A stretch of 64,000 bases of DNA, taken from contig BDGG01000007.1 in NCBI GenBank assembly GCA_001949185.1, positions 1,446,730 to 1,510,729 of the forward strand, given 5' to 3'. A program made the position numbers and the translations under genes. This document shows, one piece after another, positions 25,966 to 36,529 of the stretch (positions within the stretch are counted from its first letter, which is position 1; each line of letters starts with the position of its first letter). The notes beneath the pieces are model-generated. The model did no database searches, was not told the origin of the DNA, and worked only from the letters and a program-made list of their open reading frames with translations. Source of the DNA: Ramazzottius varieornatus (Eukaryota; Animalia; Tardigrada).

Positions 25966-26619
25966 CTAGTGGCTAGACAGCTGCGGTGCAGATGCACATT
26001 ACCCTGGTACAACTGCGCGGGATGCTAATGGACTCACGTGTATTATGATTTTGCGAAATCGGTAGTCAAGCTGCAAAACGTTGCCCTAAAGTACGGTCAA
26101 GCTCAGATGCCTGAAGTTCGACTGCCCATGAACTCTAAGTTTTTAGGTGCCGGTACGTGGATCTGCGCGGCAGTCTTCTGCTTCCTGCTGCATGCTGTGC
26201 TGTGCTGCACAAATTTCGTCAGTTCACGTACTGCAACTGTACTGCAACTGTGCTGCAGCACAGCACAGTGCAGTGCAGTGCACCGCATGCGGCCGGATTC
26301 CGTGCTCTAAGAGCAACCCAGAATCAAGAACTTGGTGAAAAAACTTCCCAGGTTCGGGGTAGGTTTTGGAAGTTTTTGTGATGGAACGCTTTGATGAAAT
26401 CAATATACTCCGCACTACCACCGTACACATTTTTGGCTTGGGAGAAAAGTTTTCCCGAGGGTCATAATGTGGCATAAAGTCTGACAGCGGTGATTGATGC
26501 CTTGCTTATCGATCAACGGCCGGGGGCTGTGCGTACTGTAGGTCAATGGTCCCCAGCGGATCTGCTGGACTCGTATTTTCTTGGTATGTTCATGTCCAAG
26601 AAAAGATGGCATTGTCCAC

Positions 26620-27140
26620 CAGGCGCGTCCCATAGGCAATTTTTTGTCGTGAAACTTTCCTAATAAAGAATTATTCGAACTTTGGGACTGACGTCATGAC
26701 TTGAGTCGTTAGCTCTGATCGGTACAAACGGCTCGACCCGGTACCTACATAAAACGCGCCGAAGATGATTTGGCTCAAAAATAACAGTGACCATGTCTGC
26801 CACGACAGACCGACACTATGCAATTAGCTAAGGGCACTTGATCACTTTTTACCGTACTTGGCCGACAAATACCTAAAACTGAAGGTTTTTTCGTCGACCA
26901 GATAGGGTAGAATGTGCTCAGATGCTTTCAGCTACGTGCTGGGTGTCAGTCTGTGTGCGCCCGGCCCTCTCCCTGCCATTACTCAAATAAAACTTCTCAG
27001 ACGCGTTTTATGCAGGTACGGAGTCGTGCCGTTTGTACCGACCGAAGCCGACGACTCGAGTCGTGACGCCAGGTCCAAAGACTGAATACATTTTTACTAA
27101 GCAGACTTTTACGACAAAACTTCACCTACGAGACGCGCCT
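26620..27140. mobile_element. Degenerate fold-back element with ~140-bp arms
   Basis: aggcgcgtcccatagg...tcggtacaaacggctcgacccggtacctacataaaacgcg is an imperfect reverse complement of cgcgtttttatgcaggtacggagtcgtgccgtttgtaccga...cctacgagacgcgcct. Confidence 0.6.
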
Positions 27141-30100
27141 CGTCTCGCCGATACCCCGAAGACCGGCGTGATGGATACGATACCATTCCGGATTGCTTCC
27201 GGCTCCGGACCGGGACTTTGAAATTGTTTCGCGTGTGCAGTTTGCGTGTGCAGTTATTCTGCGTCTGCGTTCATCTTAATGAGGGCCGCTAAGGCTCTGT
27301 CGGTCGATTGTTCGACGGCTCTGGCTCGACGTTTCGGGTGGTTCACACATGATTTTCGAAGAAAAATCAGTGCCCAGAGCGTGCTGTTCACTTTTTACCA
27401 TACCTGTCCGAAAAAGGGGGTATCTGCAGACGAGAATGCGTTCAAAGTGTTTTTCCTCCAAATCGGTCTTTTGTGACATCACATTCTTCTGATTATTAAA
27501 CTGTACCATGAGTTGCATTTGCTACCATTTGGTACCAAAATGAACATTGTACTAATGTCCGAAAAAATTGAAGGTTAGAATCGTAAATGCAAGGGTTTAG
27601 ACCAGCCAGTCTTGGCATCCGCGGGGTGCGAAGTCTGGAGACACGTACATGCAGCCGTCTTTACAGTAGCTAGTTTCCGACACCTTCAGCTTGATTGATT
27701 GATTAACTACAAGTGTCCAATACGGTACAGGGCGTGTATGTGCGGATCAGCCCCATGGCTGTCCCTTTCGAAGGTTTCAGTGATATATCCATGACTTCTT
27801 TACCATTCAGGGAATAAGCTTTTCGCCACCGAATTTAGGTTCAGGGATGTCTGTTTGGTGAAGGTAGATACGCACTTGGAAAACATGATCGGGGACAAAA
27901 CGCAAAAACTCATTTCCTGAACAATTTGGTCCGACACCCTTTGGACGCATTCTCGTATGCAGATACCCAAGTGATAGTGAAACTTAGGGGTCCACCAATG
28001 ATTTTTCGCTTGGAAGTCCGAAATTTTTTTTGGGGTGTGGGTGCACTTCTCCTAGGATCATGACACGAACTTCGTATGGCAAGCGGCGTCCGTGATCTAT
28101 AGTACCTAACGGACAGTGTTATTTTACTATGCAATTAAAATTATTAAAAGTCTCGTGCCAATGTTAAGTCTACGTGATCAGCTGACTGCAAGTAAAATCA
28201 GTTATCGCTGACGAATTTCAACTATTAAAATTGAAATTCGATTAATAGTTGAAATTCGATTTACTGTTATAGATCGATCAATCAATCAAGCGAACACCAA
28301 CCAGCACAATTAAAACGATGTTAATTATTAAAATCGATTTTCTCTTAAAACGATTAAAACAACACTGCTAACGGAGCCTCTGTATTCGTCATAGTAGAGC
28401 CTGCACATCACGAAAAAACTGAAGACGGCTGCAGTCATGCCACAACCGTTTGCCTATAGGTGGACAATCATCGAGCCACTTATCTTGATAAAGTTATCAA
28501 GATTCGAGTTCAACCCAGGGACATTCATCGCATAATTGGCCTGTGAGATGATTATTTCAGAGTAACGTTCTGATTCCGTACGACAGATTATACATATAGT
28601 GTACCATGAAGATGGCGTGACGGTCTGATACAAAACCACAAGGGAGGTGATTTTGAATTCTGGTTATTTTCGATATAACCGCTAGACAATGTCCATCCGC
28701 AGCTCGGTTTAGCATTGCCGGATGAGATTTTTGCTGTCTAGCGTGCAATTGAAGTACTTAATCATGACGTATGCTGTCGTTCGGATTTGATTGGTGACAC
28801 ATCATACAGTATACAGTACGAGAGAGCGGTTATTTGCTCTTCCAGCAGAAAATGGCCAAGTCCACACTGGGCGGGTCAGGCTGTGGCGTGCGGACAATCA
28901 ACGAAAATCTAACCGAATGCGGGATGACCAAGAGCAAAACCTGTCAATCAAAACATGCAAAACCGGTCCCCAAAGCAGAAGATCACTCAAGATTTTCTGC
29001 AGGAAGCGATCTGAGCAGCGATTCAGAAATTTTCCTGTAGAAGAGTGCTTCTCTCCCTGGTGTAAAACCGACCTTAGCTCATCCCCAAACGTTTTCCTAT
29101 AGACCGGTAGACATTAGAGAAGTTGAACTTTGCGCAGATGGTCTGAAGAAACGACTAACCGGACAGAACGATTACATTTAGAAAAGTTTAAAAATTAGCG
29201 AGTTTCCAGTTTACCTTTTGCTACCCGTTTTTTCCGTTTGCCCGGACAATCAACCCTTCTTGAAACTAAAACTAGCGGCTACTGGACACCGGCTCTGCAA
29301 ACCTGTGTGGAATTTTTCCCTTTCTCAACGGGATGTCGGCGTTGCCAGCAAATTACTTTTCAGCCAGGCTCTCAGTTAGTCCAAAGTCACCAAAATAATT
29401 GTTGCGCGAGCCCAAAAATTTTAGTATCTTGCGACAGTTTCAGATTCGTGGGAGGATCTGCCCAGTGGTCATTAAAAAAACCTTGAAGCCTGGCCGTTTT
29501 GAGTTGGCAGGTGGCGCACTCTACATTATATTCCAAAATCTTGGCCAATCGATGAGGTGGTGATTGGTCTAATTTGGCATCGCCCCCAAGTTTCAACCAG
29601 TTAAAACAAGGCGAAAGTGACTTTCCCGCATCGTATTCTGAAAGCACGAAACCGCGCAGTGCTCAAGGTGTTGACGAAACGAAGGAGGCTTCGTTCATGA
29701 ATCACGAAGAATATCGCCCGTAGATTTCAGGCATGAATAAATTGCCGTCAGTAATGCTCTGGCCAGCCCGAAGCACTGGGAAGCGTAATCGGTGACCGGG
29801 CCACACAGGGCCTCCACTCCGGATAATCAGTCAATCAGATTTTCATTCGAGCCAGCACTTTTCAACTTCCTGGGCAAATTACTCCCAATCAAACCCCCAT
29901 GGCCAGCAGCGGTCGTTTGTCCCATCGTTTTTTTCAAGCTCGCTCGCGTTGTGCAACTTCTCAAAGCTTCCAGCGAATGCTTTATAAACATAGATTTTCA
30001 AAATTAATTAGTTCTCGTTTGTTCAAACCATCTGCGCAAAGTGCAACTCTATTGATAAAACAACGGGCTGTCGAATGGTATCGATTACGGTCGAAGTTAT

Positions 30101-30431
30101 GCTTTGAAAGACTCTAGCGGTCCTCAGTTTTAGGGAGGCCAGATCCCATCATAAAGGGCTTAAACCGTCAATCAACCGACCTAATCAAGCGACATACGCC
30201 GCAGTAGTGGCTAACTCAACAACTGCAGAAGGGGGCCGCCAACTCATCAAACGTCAACTTGTACAGTACTGCGTTTCGGTAGCAACATGTTGCTTTTCAC
30301 CATCAGAAATAGTGCCTTATCGGTTTTACTCGATCCACTGTACTGCATGCTGTACAGCTCCAAGGAGGAGCTTCACTTGGGCTGTATTAAATATCTTCTT
30401 CAGTTTTTTCTCATAAGTAGGAGGATGTCGG

Positions 30432-32778
30432 ATGAGGAGTCTTCAGGCCGAGGGCGAGGTTGAAAGTCATGCTGTTGGCGATGTTCCTATTGAGGAAGTC
30501 GTGATGATGAAGACGCTGGTTGAAAACAACGCGAATCTTCTTGCTGAAAGCGAGCCTAAAAGCCAAGCCGACGAGGCAGCTCCTAACGACGTCGACCACA
30601 AGTGGACGAAGACGTCTAACCAGCGAAAGGAGAGTCTCCAGGGTCAGAGTGGGTCCATGAGTTATGACGATGAAGAAACCGGCCAGGAAGACGACGAGGA
30701 ATCTGCCGAGGATGGAAGTGCGTACGACGAGGACAGTTGGCGATTATACGAGTCCGGTGGGCAAACTGGTACCACCGGAACTCCAGTGATGGATCCACCC
30801 GAGTTTCTAGCCGCCCAAGCTGACTTTGGCCAGTGCGAACGGCAAACTCTGCGCTTTTTCCTGGAAGAGTATTTGAAAATGTGCTGGGAGGCTGGAAAGA
30901 CGCCCACTCCTCAAGTTTTATTCTTATTCCAGTCACGCAACAAGAAAGACTTCTTGTAAGTCCCCTGCACGTTCTTTTCGTGTCATTAGCCCCAATAGAA
31001 AAGCAATGTGTGTGTATCTTATTGTTGGAAATAACGGCGGGCTCTGTGGTTGTAGAAGGAGGATCAGGCACAAGCGAGCATTGTTCTATTTTCCGGGTAA
31101 CGATCCGGCAGCTCGATGTCGACGCTTAACCGACAGTGATCTTACCGTCCTTTGTCCGTTTCTGCTCAAGTTCTTAAAAGGTAACTTGGTCAACCTGGAT
31201 TTCCGATACAACGAATTCAAAGACGTTGCAGCGTTGGCGGACCTGATTACCGTAGGTACTGTGTAGGCAAATCCAGATTTCGTCGCAAGCTGTTCACTTG
31301 TGGTCCAATAAAAACTCGAGACTAATCATGCACAGTTTTGTCTCGCAGAAGTCTGCTAGCGTGAAAGATCTGAACCTGATGAGCAACAGCCTCAGCGATA
31401 ACGGGATATTTGCGTTAAAAGATGCCCTACTGGTATGTTCGACAAGTATGTCGTGCATAATACAGATTCGCTTTTCGGAAGTGGGAGTTCCAGATCGAAG
31501 ATTCAAAGCTGCTTGTTCTGATAGACAAGTCAGACACTCATGCAACTGTGCTTGGCTGGCTGCAAACTCTCGCCCACTGCAGCAAGAGACATTGCTTCCT
31601 TGTTGAAAGACCTTCCAACGCTGCGCTATCTGAACTTGAATTCTTGCGGACTGGTGAGCACAATATTCGGCGCAATCAACAATCTGAAGTTGGAAAGTTC
31701 AGTCATGGCTTGACGGGATTTTCTTTAGTAGGAAATCGAAGCGTTGATCGTCTTGCTTGGTACGCTGCGCGACGACAGCTGCAAGTTGGAAGCGCTGGAC
31801 CTAACTGGACCCAATCTACCAGACTTCGCCACACACGAAGTCTTTGTCTCGATGTGCACCGAGATGCTCGAGTGTAACAAGCATTTGGTAGAGTTACATC
31901 TTGGCAAAGCTGGCATCGATGACTCCGACTTGGAAACGCTGATGCTCGGACTTCACCGCAACAAGACCCTGCGCTACCTTGATTTACATAGGTACTTTAC
32001 TGTCTGGATTCATGCTATCAATGGTTTGGCCAGTGCCTACTCAGAATAGGCACTGTTTTGGCCTACTAGGTTACCACAGTAGTAACTGGTGTCGTTATTT
32101 TTTTGCAGCAACAAACTAAAAAGTGATGGTGCCCGACTCTTAATGGAATATCTGATAAAAAACAGCTCACTGGAAGTGCTGGATATCGATTCCAACCATG
32201 TTTCAAACGAGGGCGCAGAGTATTTGGCAAACGCCATCTACGAGAAGTCATCGGTGACAACGTAAGTCTGCGGGCTCGAGGTCTCTTTCGGCTCGGTGTA
32301 CATACAGTAGTGGAGAACTTCCCTACGCTTCGATTGCACACTTGCAGGCTCTCAATGCGACATTGTGGACTGGACGACGAAGGTGTTCGGTACCTCAGTA
32401 TTGGCATATGGAACGGTACCCTGCAAAGATTAAATATCTGGCAGGGCAGAACCATAAGTGGAAAAGGATCTGAGGTACGCAGCTCTCTACTTGGACACAG
32501 ACGAGATTGCCGATTTTTTCCAGGTGTCTCTGATAGCGGTGGTTTGCTTTCAGGTGTTTGGCTGCCTGCTGCAGTTCGGACGGCTGCAACCGCACAACCT
32601 GGATGTGACGTTCTATGAAGTGGATGGCCTTTGGTTAATGGCGCAATACGGTGAGGGCTTACCGGGTTTGCGGAGATGGGACGCTTACATGCCACGGTTT
32701 GGGGACTATTCACACCAGGCGTGTTACGACGGCTTTATCCAGCCACACCCCAGACCATACTTTACCTCGGACGAATGA
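30432..32778 (+). CDS. LRRC34: Leucine-rich repeat protein, LRRC34-like (RNI-type LRRs) with acidic N-terminal extension
   Basis: Multi-exon. RRLTDSDLTVL, LVNLDFRYNEF, KDLNLMSNSLSDNG, LVELHLGKAGIDD, LEVLDIDSNHVSNEGAEYLA, LNIWQG, and C-terminal LDVTFYEVDGLWLMAQ resembling the LRRC34 tail. Confidence 0.7.
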
Positions 32779-32914
32779 TATCATGATACACTGGAATTTT
32801 GTCTCTTCGTGCTCAAAATTAGCACTAGACATAAATGTAGATGTTATGCGCAGGCTCATGTAAACGGTTTCGCAAATTTTCATTCAGAATGAATAAGGCA
32901 ACCATTTCCTTATT

Positions 32915-35176
32915 TTATTTCGTCTTTTTGGTTTCGGCACTTGTAACCGGCCCATCACCGGCCGCCACCACATCACCTTCAACAATCTCATTGAAACCAT
33001 CAAAAGACTGTCCAAACTCATTGGCACGGGACTTATCAACAGGGTACATGTACCACTGGGCGAGGTAAAACAAGAAGACTATATCATCTCGAAAGCAGGC
33101 TAGACGATGCGCCAACGGCATCTTGACGATGAAAGCGAATAAGTCATCTATGAACGTATTCAATGCCTTGTACGAGAAGACTTTCCACGGAAGGTGCGCC
33201 ACCGACTTTAGCTTGTAGTTGAGGTACAGCTGGGGAAGCATGAAGAGGAAACCGAAGGCGTAGACCCCGTTGACGGCACTCTGCACCGTCCAGGAATACC
33301 ATGACTTGTGCGGAACGTAGAAGAGGGAGTAGACTGCTCCACCCAGGATGAGTGGCATGAGGAAGTAGAACAGCTTGTGGAAGAAAACGGCGTCAATGTC
33401 ATCGGAAGACTGCTCGGCTTTCGTCGCCGTGTCGAATTGCGGGACCAGCTTTAACCCCTTCCGTTCGAAGCCTGCAAATTTCACATACTGCAAATTTCAT
33501 ATACTCTACTAAAAAATGTGTCGGCATGTTGAAAATTGAGGCTTAGAAAAACGAATTCGACCAGATCGAATTTCAAGTGGCGCACGCTTCTAGCCAATAA
33601 AACTTAGAAAATGCGCCACTTTGGGGAATGATCGAAGTTTCCAAGTGGCTCACGGCTCCAGCTAATAACGCTAAGAACATGCGCCATTTCGGGGAATAAC
33701 TGAATTTTCCAGGTGGCGCACGCTTTGGGCCACCAACGCTGATAACGCGCGCCACTTGGAAAAGCAACATTGTTTGCCGAGCTCTCAACCATCATCAACT
33801 CACCTGTGAATTTCCATAGTTTCAAAACCTTCCATATTTCGATGCCACAAGCGATACCAGCCGGTACGGAAATCAGTAACGAAGACTTTTCTTCAAGAAG
33901 ATATAAGAACACGATAATCTGGCTAAAAGCTCGCCACAGTATCGTCCTTCCCGACAACCCGGCCACAGTGTTCCGTTTCCTCCAGAACGTGATATCGTTC
34001 TTGAAAGCCAGAAAGTCAAATACCAAATGCAATACCGTCACACATATGGTCAACGTCAGAATGTAAAAGTTGGTCTCGGTAAAGATGGAAATGACGTCTT
34101 CCAGGTCGGCTTCCTTCAGCCCGAACGTCTTCATCTGCTCCATGGAGGCCCCGATCATGGAGATCAAGCGGATCTTCCCGACGGACATGGGCGAGTAGTC
34201 AATGGTCAGGTTCAGTTGCTTCTTGTCTTTCAATGGGACGTACTCGTCGCGTTTCCCGCTGAGGTGGTCGATGAAGACGAGAGGCTGATACGCGACCGCA
34301 CCGGAAGCGTCGGATTTGAACTTGAGGTGCTGGTACAGCTCGTGAGGGATACTCATCCGGTCGAAGATGATCGGGGTTTCCATCACGTGAAGACGAAGCC
34401 GGGTATGCCAGTGCTGAACTAGCTGTCCGGAAGATCTATAAAGAGGAAAATATCGTAGAAAAAACGCAAGTGTTTTGTTGGGTCTTTCCCCAAGCGTAAT
34501 TTACGCAATGGATGCCTCATGTTGTGCACACAGTGGACCGGGGTGATAATTTACGGATTGAAAATTGGAAATCTGAGTGGCGCAGTAACGTCACGGTGTA
34601 AACAAATCACTTTAATTTCAAATTTGCTGATTTGACCAATCAAGGTTTTATTCCATACCGTGTGGTTGATTGACCGTTCTTTTTCACATCATCGTCGTTT
34701 TTTACCGCGATCAAATTTATGGCTGTTCTTTCTTCCACCAGCATTTTCGTCATGACCGTCTTTTGATAAACGACTCCGGTATCACCTGGCGTAAGGTTGG
34801 TCGTGCCAGCGACTTCTCCCTTATGCTTTGGTACGGCCAGGATGTGGAGGTAATAGTTGGCGGTCGGTCTGTAGATGGACGAAATATCGAAGGTGTAGGC
34901 ATCTTCCCATGCCTCGGCGCACGGCGCTTCTTTCTCGAATATTTGCAGAGCTGAACTTCTGGACGTCTTCTCAGGCAGCACAGCTGATCGGCTGATCCAG
35001 CCTTGGTAGTAAAAGTCCGTTTCCGAACAGATATACCTGGGAGAGACGCAGACGGAGACATCGGTCGACTTGCACCAGGCAGGGAAATAAATGCCGTAGA
35101 ATGTCCAAACGGTGTTGGCGATATAGGCTGTCCCTAGGATGCCTAGGATTGCTCCTAGAGAGAAGACCTTTGGCAT
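32915..35176 (-). CDS. CLPTM1L: CLPTM1-like protein (ER lipid scramblase family)
   Basis: FTETNFYILTLT...FDFLAFKNDITFW; GFLFMLPQLYLNYKLKSVAHLPWK...YKALNTFIDDLFAF...HRLACFRDD...YPVDKSRANEFG. Confidence 0.92.
33571..33762. repeat. Intronic array of palindromic units bounded by AAGTGGCGCA...TGCGCCACTT
   Basis: Three ~50-60 bp units in a CLPTM1L intron, with related units in GIT introns (about 5752-5875 and 7355-7405). Confidence 0.7.
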
Positions 35177-35509
35177 GATGCCTTGAGAAAACAACGGAGT
35201 TAATACGACATCTTAAGGAGATGAGTTGAGAAAATACGATGTTCTTGAATCTTGAACTTCTTCAGACTACGTGGATTTCAAGTGCAGAATGTCGGTGACC
35301 TAATTGTCGTCATTGATTGTTTGGATGCGTGGTTGTCATGTGATTTTGCGACACGCAGCCGCAGCCACGTGGTATGTGAAGCGCCCTTCAAATCTATGGT
35401 TGCCTTCGGCTTCTGGCTTGAGCGTGCGCACTTGCGGAGTGTCGCTGTGTCAGAGCCAGAGGATCTCAAAGAAAACGAAAAAAGCATGGATGAACGACTG
35501 AGTCTCCGA

Positions 35510-36335
35510 CAGTATTGTATTTAGTTTCAGTCCGAGACTAATAAAATATTAGTTCCTGAATTAGTCTCAGTTTTAGTCTAGGGACTAGACTGAATCAACA
35601 GTCTAGTCCCTCGGACTTAAACTGAGAACACAGAGAGCCAGAGACTGATTCGCCCAGGCACAGACCAAAATTAGAGCGAAGAAGGGACGAGAGGGGACAA
35701 AAACTCCTATGTGAAGACTGAAACTGATTTGCGGACGATACCAGTCTCAGTCTAGGGACGTAAACTGAGATGCATGAAGTATGAGTTTCAGTCTCTGGGA
35801 CTAACAAGGGAATTCTTTCCCAGTCCTCGGGTTTCCGTTTTTCCAAAGATAGAGAAAAATTCCGGGTACGTTTAAGAGGCGTTATGATCGGCGGAACACC
35901 ATTTGGCGAAGTCGAAAAACTTTTAGAATGTGTGGAAAACGCGTTTTGAAATTCTTTTGAGCTGAGATATGGTACTCCGCTGACAATGATGCTTCATAAT
36001 GGTACTTGGATAAATTTTTTATTTTCGGGAGAACGAAAGCCATAGGATTCGAAGGCCCGCATTTCCCTTGGAAATCCCACAGACTGAAACTGATATCCCG
36101 TGCATTTCAGTTTCAGTCCCTCAGACTGAAAAAGAAATCCTTTGCGAATCAGTTCAGTCTCGGGACTAAAACTGGTATCTCTGAGAGATTTGATTTCATC
36201 AGTTTAACTTAAACTCGTTTAGAAAGAGGCCCAATTTAGTCCAGTCGGACTGAACTGATATACTTAGGGGCTAAATTTTTAGCAGTCCGACGAGACTTGG
36301 AACTAAATGGGGGACTGAGACTGAATACAGCGCTC
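35510..36335. mobile_element. Non-autonomous hAT-type element, 8-bp TSD GTCTCCGA, many sub-terminal GACTGA/TCAGTC motifs
   Basis: gtctccga at 35502-35509 and 36336-36343; imperfect TIR cagtattgtatttagtttcagtcc / ggactgagactgaatacagcgctc. Confidence 0.75.
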
Positions 36336-36529
36336 GTCTCCGACGATGTAAACCAAATTAACTAGTTTTTACTGTCGTTAGCTTTCTACTTGTCAGTTTC
36401 CAAGCACCCAGAAACTGACCAACACCAGTCAAAACGTCTCTAACTCTAAGCTGGACGATTTCGTGCCACAAGCTGCAGTATATACGTACATATTAGAAAG
36501 CCACGTAGAAATCTTCTAATAATTTTGCG

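Larger units (their letters stand above)
25128..28025. repeat. ~225-bp near-identical inverted repeat pair (25128-25353 and 27801-28025) enclosing further inverted repeats
   Basis: ttcggacttccaagcgaaaaatcattggtggacccc...aagcttattccctgaatggta is the reverse complement of taccattcagggaataagctt...gatttttcgcttggaagtccgaa, with few mismatches. Confidence 0.85.

Noticed and set aside
28790-30120. Several short ORFs upstream of LRRC34-like
   Set aside because: The frames I translated are interrupted by stops and show no recognisable domain or consistent splice model.
33571-33762. Repeat units resembling a CRISPR array
   Set aside because: The units are degenerate palindromes with related interiors, inside a eukaryotic intron, with no cas genes.
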